Shown here: positions 24,690-32,831 of the stretch, piece by piece
Numbering within the stretch: the first letter of the stretch is position 1
Layout of the letters: each line of letters opens with the position of its first letter
NCBI GenBank assembly: GCA_003990765.1
Contig: RBNJ01000210.1
Location: forward strand, 1-36,649
From: Jimgerdemannia flammicorona
Lineage: Eukaryota
Direction of reading: 5' to 3'
Length of the DNA stretch: 36,649 bases
Notes under the pieces: model-generated
Database searches by the model: none
What the model was told of the DNA's origin: nothing
The model's input: only the letters and a program-made list of their open reading frames with translations
Program-made: the position numbers and the translations under genes

Positions 24690-25095
24690 CAGTATACCCT
24701 GCTGCACCCCAAGGCCAAACCCCCGACCAAAGCCCACCCAGAGGATGTAGGATATGATCTTCACAGCCTAGAGGACAAATCCATCAAGCCTGGAAAAACC
24801 TTCATGGTCAGAACTGGATTAGCCATACAGCCACCTCAAGGAGCTTATATTCAACTGACCTCAAGGTCCGGACTTGCCAGACAAGGAATAACTGTAGAAG
24901 GAGGAACCATTGACCCTGGATATATAGGCGAAATCAAGGTTATCCTACACAACAGCAGTGCAGAATAGCACTGAATCATTAGAGGACAGAAGACTGCCCA
25001 AGCAGTCTTCATGAAGGTCAAGACCCCACAGTTACAGGAAGTCTCCGAACTAACTGAAGGAACAAGACAAGCCAAGGGATTTGGAAGTTCAGATA
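24690..25095 (+). pseudogene. dut: Copy B trimeric-type dUTPase domain
   Basis: All five motifs are present: VGYDL, SRSG, GTIDPGYIGEI, K(T/I)AQ and RQAKGFGSS. Two internal stops. Confidence 0.95.
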
Positions 25096-25450
25096 GGAAA
25101 GAGGTACATCTCCTTCAAGTCAACCACCTTAAGAGGAATGTTCCCCAGCAAGTATACTGGCAACCAGTCAGACTATACAAGAATCTCATCCTGGAGCCTA
25201 GAGAACAAACCACCTTCGAAATATTTGCACCACCTGACCCCAGGAACCATTTCTTTGAACCCAAGGAAGATATCCCATACCTGGACATAGAGGGACACAC
25301 ATTCCCTGACAAGATGAACCCAGTACACTCCTGAGCAACCAACCAAAGTTGGGAGACCATCATCCTGCCAAAAGGAACCATCATAGGACATCTGGTGCCT
25401 TTTCTCAACTGAACTCATAGAGAGGTTTATGAATTAAACCTATCAGGAAA

Positions 25451-26917
25451 CAGCAAAAGGTCCCAGAAGAAAGGAAAGGCCCCTCTGCGACCCAGGAGAC
25501 AGTGAAGCCTTCCACCAACATTGGAGAAGAATTGATACCTCAACAACAGCAACAACTAGTAGAACTTCTCAACAAATATCAAGATATCTTCACCACTGAT
25601 TATGGCAACCTGCCATACAACCCATCATATCACCACAGCATAAATACAGGAAGTGCAACACCCATCCGGCAGAAACCCTATAGAATACCCCATTACTTGA
25701 AAATATTCAAAAAGGAGCATATCTAAGAACTCTTAGACAATGGAGTCATCCGACCCTCTATGAGCCCCTGGGCCAGCCCTATACTTATTGTACCAAAGAA
25801 AGGAGGATGGAGACTCTGCATGGATTACAGAAAACTCAACTCAGTCACTGAAAAGGATACTTATCCTTTGCCCAGAATCGATGACCTTTTGGACCAGTTA
25901 CAAGATGCCAGATACTTCAGCAGTATGGACCTCTTCACGGGATTCCATGAGATCCCCATGGACCCCAAGGACATTCAAAAGACAGCCTTCCTTGCTCTAG
26001 AAAAACTGTTTGAATATCTCTAAATGCCCTTTGGACTCTGCAATGCACCCCCAACCTTCCAGAGGATGATGAATTCAGTCTATGCCCCCTTGATCCACCA
26101 CTGTCTGATTGTATATATGGATGATTCCAACATCTATTCAGAAAATTTCGAAGAACACCTGCACCATCTAGAGGAATTCTTCAAGCTCACCCACAAGAAT
26201 CACTTGAGACTGAATGCAAAGAAATGCTACTTTGGAAAACAGCAACTCAAATTCCTTGGATTCATGGTCTCAAAAGAAGGAACTCATGCAGACCCAAAGA
26301 AAACTGAGAAGATCAACAATTGGCCAGTACCCAAGACTCCAAAGGAAACACTATCATTCTTGATGCTAGTATCCTACTACAGAAGGTTTATCAAAGACTT
26401 TGCCCAAATTGCTGCCCCAATCCAAATCCTTCTCAAGAAAGGAGTGTCATTCAAATGGACAGAATTACAGGAAAAAGCTTTCAGAGAACTTAAGAACTGC
26501 ATGACTATAGCACCAATCCTTGTGTGCCCCAATCTACAGAAGCCATTCATCTTGTATACAGATGCTTCTAAAGATGGCCTAGGAGCAGTTCTAGCCCAAG
26601 AAGGACCTGACCAACAGCACCATGTGATAGCTTATGCAAGAAGGGCCACCAACTAGCAGCAGATAAACTATGGTAGCACCAAACTGGAATGCCTTGCAGT
26701 CATATGAGTGGTCACCCTGTTCAAGCATTACCTCATCAGAAAAAGGTTCACCCTGATCACAGATCATGCAGCCCTCAAATGGCTATTCAACTACAAGGAA
26801 CCTACTGGAATTCTAGCCCACTGGATCCTCATCCTTCAGGATTACAAAATCACCATTATACACAAAGCAGGGAAAGCTCACAACAATGTTGATGTACTTT
26901 CCTGCCAGTCCCAATGA
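25451..26917 (+). pseudogene. pol: Copy B reverse transcriptase-RNase H
   Basis: [75 protein letters not shown]. Single frame with stops. Confidence 0.96.
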
Positions 26918-27989
26918 ACCAGAAGAAGGGTGTCCTGAGGAACTACACCCTAAAGGAAGCTCCTCAGACCACTAAGAAACAAGAGCATCTCATCTGACAA
27001 GAACATCAGAAAGCCCACCAAGGATAGACATGCATAGAAGACAAGATTTGAAAACAATATCAACATTGGCCCCACCTCAGAGCTCAAGTACAGGACATCA
27101 TTCAGAAATGTGATACCTGCCAGAAGTATCAAGGAAAGAAGAACTATCAAGCCCCTCTGCAACCGATTCCCCCACCCACTCACATCTTTCAAAAATCGGG
27201 AGTAGATGTAATTGGACCTCTACCAGTTACACCAAGAAGAAACAAATACATCCTTGTATTTGTGGAACATCTGACCAAGTGGCCCAAGGCTTTCCCAATG
27301 GAAATTGCAGATGCCTTAACCATTGTAGGCCTCCTCCATGGACTCACACTCAGATATGGACCTCCAGAAGAACTTATCTCTGACCAAGGCACAGAATTTG
27401 TCAACAACATAATCACAAGTTATGCCAGAATTCACAAGATCCACCTCAAAAGGACCACATCATACCACCCTCAGACTAATGACATGACAGAAAGAATGAA
27501 TCAGACCATCAAGAAAGGACTTGCCCAAGTCAATCCTACTAATTGAGACCTCTGCTTACCTGAAGTCCTATGGGAAATTCGGAATACCCCTGCCATGTCC
27601 ACCAAACAAAACCATTCGAAATGATGTTTGCTAAGAGAACCAGAACTGCTGACCATGAGAATCTCGGAGACCTCCTCAAGAAGGCAGAACAGTTACGAAA
27701 TCAAGCCCAAGGACAGATTATCAAAGCCCAGGAAAGACAAAAGAAGTACTATAACCAAAAACAGATGGATCAGGAGATCAAGATTGGAGATCAAGTCCTA
27801 GTTTGGAGAAGTATGATTGAGACAAACTTTGCTACCAAACTAGAACCAAAATGAGAAGGACCTTATCTTATACACAACATCAGAGGAACCAGCATCTATT
27901 TAAGAAGCATGGATGGACGAACCCTGAGAACACCAGTACACATCAATTGCCTCAAGATATACTTCTCACACCATGAACCAGAGAATTGA
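26914..27989 (+). pseudogene. Copy B integrase (HHCC, DDE core, GPY/F C-terminus; no chromodomain), separate ORF
   Basis: ATG at 26914 is in frame with HQKAH..W..CDTC, GVDVIGPLP, SDQGTEF and YHPQTN..ERMNQ. KLEPK(W)EGPY follows a copy-specific 1-bp deletion near 27610. Confidence 0.92.
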
Positions 27990-28485
27990 CAACCACCTCC
28001 AAACTCTTGTCCTCAGTTCCCTCCAAGCACTACCAGTTCCCCTATCTCAGTTCCAGGAACCCAATGGAACCTATCTTCAGAGAATCCGAGTTCATCAAGA
28101 GAACCTCACTTTGGCCAAGAGGCTACTCCAGGTCCACCAGCTATAGGTATATTATGCAATTGGAGAACAATTGCAGGATCTTCCTCTCCCAGACCTAGCC
28201 TATGTCTGAAACACCACTGGTCTGAACAGAAGGAATACTACTGCTGCAGACAGACTATACACAATATACAAACAAAATCCTTCTGCCTTAATCCAGGCCC
28301 AGTTTTCCCTGAATGACCTCCAAAGGATGACACTGCCCACCTACCTCAGCATCATTCACCAAGTGGAGATCCTATTCCCTAAGGAAGAAGAAGAACCCCT
28401 GAAATGGAGTAACCATAGCTCAGATGATGATGATGGAACAGGTATAGATGCAGAAGCTGCTTATGTCTATTGGGATGATGACTGA
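27973..28485 (+). pseudogene. Copy B extra 3' ORF (170 aa, acidic C-terminus), unknown function; two stops
   Basis: CACCATG start. Translation: MNQRIDNHLQTLVL..ENLTLAKRLLQVHQL*VYYAIGEQLQ..AADRLYTIYKQNP..SLNDLQRMTLPTYLSIIHQVEILFP..YWDDD. Conserved in copy A. Confidence 0.8.
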
Positions 28486-28512
28486 AGAATAGTCTGGAAC
28501 AGACTACCCTTC

Positions 28513-28524
28513 AGTGGGGGCTGA
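28513..28524 (+). promoter_or_regulatory. Polypurine tract (copy B)
   Basis: AGTGGGGGCTGA abuts the TGT of the 3' LTR. Confidence 0.78.
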
Positions 28525-30152
28525 TGTAACAGACCCAAAATGTACAACTTAAATTATAACTTAGCCAGATAATGCAAACAATTAGTATACTTACTCAGCA
28601 TGATGTAACTTCCAGTATATCATAGTTACTCATGCCTGCCACACTTATAATTAGCCAAGATACCAGATCAGGATTGTTTACCTGTGTCCTGAAGACACAC
28701 TTATGTCCTGCGGACACACTCATGTCCTGCAGACACACTCATGTCCTGTAGACACACCTGTACCCAGAGGATATATCCAAACATTACTGAAGATAGCAAA
28801 TCTATAGTTAGCCATATAGTAACCAGATAGCAACCAACTTGTATAAATTACCCCAGAGACGAGAGTGAATAAAACCTTAGTCTGAAATTGAAGCAAAAGA
28901 CAAGTCTGCCTACCACACTTTGAGAGAAACTCTACAGCTACTGCTAGGAGATTGTGAGCTTATTTCCCCACTCTGGTCCACTTTCCGATACAAAGAACGA
29001 GTCTGAATTGAAGTGCAAACTAAAGAAGCCTCTAAAGATTGAGCATTGGTCCCCTTATTCTACTCCAGTCCACTTTCTGATACAAAGCTGAAGATTTGCC
29101 GCCAAGTTCAAGGAAGAACTTTGTCACCTTTGAGAATTCTTGTTATTGGTTCACTTGTCAGATAAGCCTGAAGATTTCTGCCTTTTCCTCTTTTTACACT
29201 ACCTAAGAGAAAGCTGCCTTGCTCAAGCCAGTTTCTGACACAACTTCGCAGTGGAGTCAGTCTATGACACAACCCCACACAAATTAAGCCAGTCTTTGAT
29301 GTAACTTTACCAAGAGACCCTTTCTAAGCCGCCCTCCCGTTTCTCAGTTAGAACCCACTGATTCAGAAAGAATCCACATCACCTACCGTTTTTGAGTTAT
29401 CTACCATATTCCTAGTTGAAACTGATTCAGGAAGAGTCTATGCCATCTGAGTTAATTCCCAGTTAAGCTGCCATTTTCAAGAAGTCCACTGATTCAGGAA
29501 GAATCCACATCATCTGCCATTCCCAAGTTATCTGCATTCCCAGTGAGCCCAAGAAGAATCCTCCACCAGCATTATTCCTAGTTACTTGAATTATCCATGC
29601 TATCCGAGCTATTATTCCCAGACGAAGAATCCACACCATATATTCCCAGTGAGCCAAATCGAGTTATCAGCCAGATTATCAGAATGTCCTGCATAAGGAA
29701 CCCACCATGCTACACAGAGATCGTCATGCTACACGAGATCATCATGCAGAAACCGCATAAGGAGAACCACTAAATTGCCAGATCATCATGCAGAAATCGC
29801 ATAAGGAGAACTGCTAAATTGCCAGGCCATCATGCATAAGGAGATCATCATGCTATACAGAAATCACCCATTACTCAAGAAGGAAACTGCTTGTGCTACA
29901 TACAAATTCTGTCATTCCCAGTTAACCCAGGAAGGAAACTCATTTACACAAATCACTGCTATACCCAGAGAACCATCCCAATAAGGAAATTGCTTGCAGA
30001 TATCCAGCTTTGACTATTATACCACTAAACACCAAGGACCTCAGGAATCTTGGAACATTTTGTTGCTTTTTGACAAAGTAACTGGGGGCTCAAGCCAAAC
30101 TACATCAACCCCCAAACCTTGTAATTTGCCTCCATTGAGTCGGCATGTTACA
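28525..30152 (+). repeat. 3' LTR of copy B (1628 bp)
   Basis: TGTAACA...TGTTACA perfect 7-bp inverted termini; direct repeat of 19274-20920. Confidence 0.97.
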
Positions 30153-30156
30153 ATAT

Positions 30157-30680
30157 GATTATAGAGCAAAATAGTGATATAGTCACTTCCATCCAAGTTC
30201 TGGGAAGTGTGGTGGATGCTTCTAAAGCAGAATGTGATATTGAACTTTCAGTCAGAGTATCTGATAAAAGAGGGTGCCTTTGATTGTAAGAAGTACCATA
30301 ATGTTAAGTAGAAGAATAGGATAATACAGACTCCAGAATATTAGCCAGAAGAGTATAAGATCTTAACAGACATCTAGAAGACAATTGAAGGCTGGCTGGG
30401 GGTATAACCATCTGAGTAAGGGGTGGAGAGATGGTGGGTTGCCCTCTGAATATGGCTGGTAAGGGTAGAAAATAAGTGGTTGATGATCAGATAGACTCTG
30501 GCTATTTGAGTGAAACTTGCTAGATATTGGCTATATGTTTTTAAAGATAGCTAAAAGTTGGCACTTGTGATGAGGGATTATGAGATGAGAGTAGTTAGTA
30601 TTGGAGATTCTAAATGGGTGGTGATAAGAGTAGGATCTCAGAGGAGATCTGTATTATGAGTTTATAGAGAGAGATTTGGT
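30157..30680 (+). mobile_element. Old LINE relic, right part (ORF2 C-terminal region)
   Basis: Continues the alignment to ~35733-36260 exactly where the left part stops, once one ATAT copy is removed. Confidence 0.82.
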
Positions 30681-30764
30681 CAGCACCTCTCTCTGCTACA
30701 ATTCACATTACACACACTTTACAACACACTTTCAAATCGTTTATTGGAGAAAGATATTAAGGAG

Positions 30765-32799
30765 ATGTCAACCAGTAAGCGAGCTGATGCATATCCTAAG
30801 TCGGGTGGACCTGGGGCCTTCGACTGGCAGCATGTCAGGAGAGGGTATAGACTGGGGATGGGGTCTTTTGGTGGATCGAGTGGACTGGGCAGCTCAGGGG
30901 GTAGAGGAGGCACTGGTGGGGGGGCTGGAGGGTAGCAGGGAGGGAGCTTTGCAGATGCACTTAAGGCTGGGGGTTGGCTGAGGGGTGCCCACAGTGGACA
31001 GGCAGGAGGAAAGGGGAAGCAGAAGGTTGGCGATGCTGGGGGAGCTGGGCCTTCACTGGTGGGAGGTGGAGGGAGTGGAGTAGTGGCTGGGGGTAGTGGT
31101 GGGACTGCTGATGGTAGTGTGACGGTGAATCAGAAAAAAAAAAGAGATGTGACAGCTGATGGCCAGGGGGGGCAGGGGCTCCCGATGCGGAAGGGGGACC
31201 TGGCTGATGGTGTAATGGGACTGGTGGTGGCCCCATTGCTCAAGAAGTCAATCTCGGAGTTTGCGGCTACCTTGTGCTTCTGGGGCTTGGCAGTGATGGT
31301 GAGGATGGTTCTGGAGCTTATCTCAAGGCAGGTGGTGGGTGCGGCCTCGGTGAAGTTCTTGAAGGGCATGGAGGGGGTTGAGGTGAGCTTTGAGGAGGCA
31401 GGCCTACTGGATGAGGCCATGAAGACAGGAGTGGTGGTTGGGGAGGTGGTGGTCCCCATGGTAAGGTGCTTGAGGTGGGACCCCAGGGTGGTGCAGCTTC
31501 TAGTGAGGGGGGTGCCCACAGTGACTAAGGAGGAGACTAGGAGGAGGGTGGAGGAGGTGATGGTAGAGTATGGAGACGTGGTGGACATTGGATTTCAGTT
31601 GTGGGAGGGGACAACTATCAGGACAGGCAACATCGATGTCAGGATTTGGTTGGCAGGGAAGGAGGCCACAGAGAAGATGAGTGACTGTCCCTCGGTGCTG
31701 ATGTGGGGGGCCATCATCTGCAAGGTGTCAAGGGTGAAGGGGAGTGAAGAGGAGGAGGAGGACTTGTTGGAGGTGCTAGAGGAGTTGGGTGGTGCTGTGG
31801 AGAGGAGGGCGAAGGCCTGGAAACTGTATGAGGAATCGACATATCTGGAGGTTGTGGGCGGGAGGCGTATCCATATGGATAAGAAGCAGTGGGAGTGGGT
31901 CCAGGGATGCAAGAGGCAGAAGGAGCTGTTGGTGAGTATGACAGGTAGAGGGAAGAAGAAGTCGGGTGAAGCTGAGGAGTCTGGAGGTGCTGAGGCCAGT
32001 GTCTGAGCTGATAAAGGAGGAGAGGAGGTAGAAGCGAAGGAGGCAGAGGCTGGGAAGGGGCTGGACAAGGACCCATTTGCTGATGGTACCTTTGAAGTGT
32101 GGGAGCCAGAGTTGGATGCCACCCTCCCCCCCACTTATCAGGAGGGGCCCAGTGGGGAAGAGAGGGACGACAGAGGATACACAGATGCAGGGGGCCCAGC
32201 AGGTGCACTTTAGGGTCCCTGATGTGGCTCAAGAGGGTCAGGTGGTGGCAGTTGGTGAGGATGAGCTGGTGGATGTCCCTGAGGGGAAGTGGGATGAGGC
32301 TGCTAGTGTAGGAGCTGACACCATGATGTTGGATGCAGGGCGACTGGGGACTCCAGGAGGGAAGGAGGTGGGGAACTTGTTGTGGGTACACAAGGTGATG
32401 GATAACCTCGCAGCAGAAGCATTGGAGGAGGTAGACCTGTGGGTGATACCTGAGGAGCATTGGGTAAGGATCCTGCATGGAGATGGAATGGTGGAGGTAC
32501 TGAAGGTGGAGATTCTGGTGATTTTGCTAGAGGAGGAGGGATATGAGGTTGATGAGGTGAGGAAGGCAGAGCTGGGGGTGGTTGCCAGTGAGTGGGCAGA
32601 CTACTGTTGGGCAGAGCATCGGGGTCTGCAGCTCTGGCAGGAGGCCTGTCTGGAGTATCGCAAGGATTTTGAGGAGCATGAGGATGGGGCAATGGTAGAA
32701 CTTCTGAGAGAGTTGGAGGCACAGGAAGCTGGGGAGAGGGAACTGGCTGCTGAACTTAACTTGGACTTGGTGCAGGAGAGGCAGGATGCCGACTTATAG
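30765..32799 (+). pseudogene. LINE copy 2 ORF1 (~680 aa; Gly-rich N-terminus, SFADAL motif, RRM-like core, acidic helical C-terminus)
   Basis: Two stops (30933, 32004) and a +1 shift in the C-run near 32130. LLVRGVP..EYGDVVDI..IRTGNIDVRI. Confidence 0.87.
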
Positions 32800-32831
32800 A
32801 GGATGGACTCTGATATATATCATTATTCTTT

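Larger units (their letters stand above)
19274..30152 (+). mobile_element. Ty3/Gypsy LTR retrotransposon copy B, structurally complete (10.9 kb), dUTPase-carrying, ORFs disrupted
   Basis: Two long direct repeats with TGTAACA..TGTTACA inverted termini, PBS, PPT, and ATAT on both flanks (19270-19273, 30153-30156). Domain order PR-RT-RH-IN. Confidence 0.97.

Noticed and set aside
21505..28485. Alternative genetic code or stop readthrough explaining the many TGA/TAG codons
   Set aside because: Stops of all three types fall at Arg, Gln and Trp positions and mostly differ between copies, consistent with C>T/G>A damage.
27860..28485. Chromodomain or envelope gene after integrase
   Set aside because: No chromodomain aromatic-cage pattern (Y.V..I..YLVKW.G) and no hydrophobic signal or transmembrane segment.
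30680..30683. TCAG as the TSD of LINE copy 2 (also at 36490-36493)
   Set aside because: Only 4 bp, and TCAG also occurs at the 5' end of LINE copy 1, so it may be part of the element.
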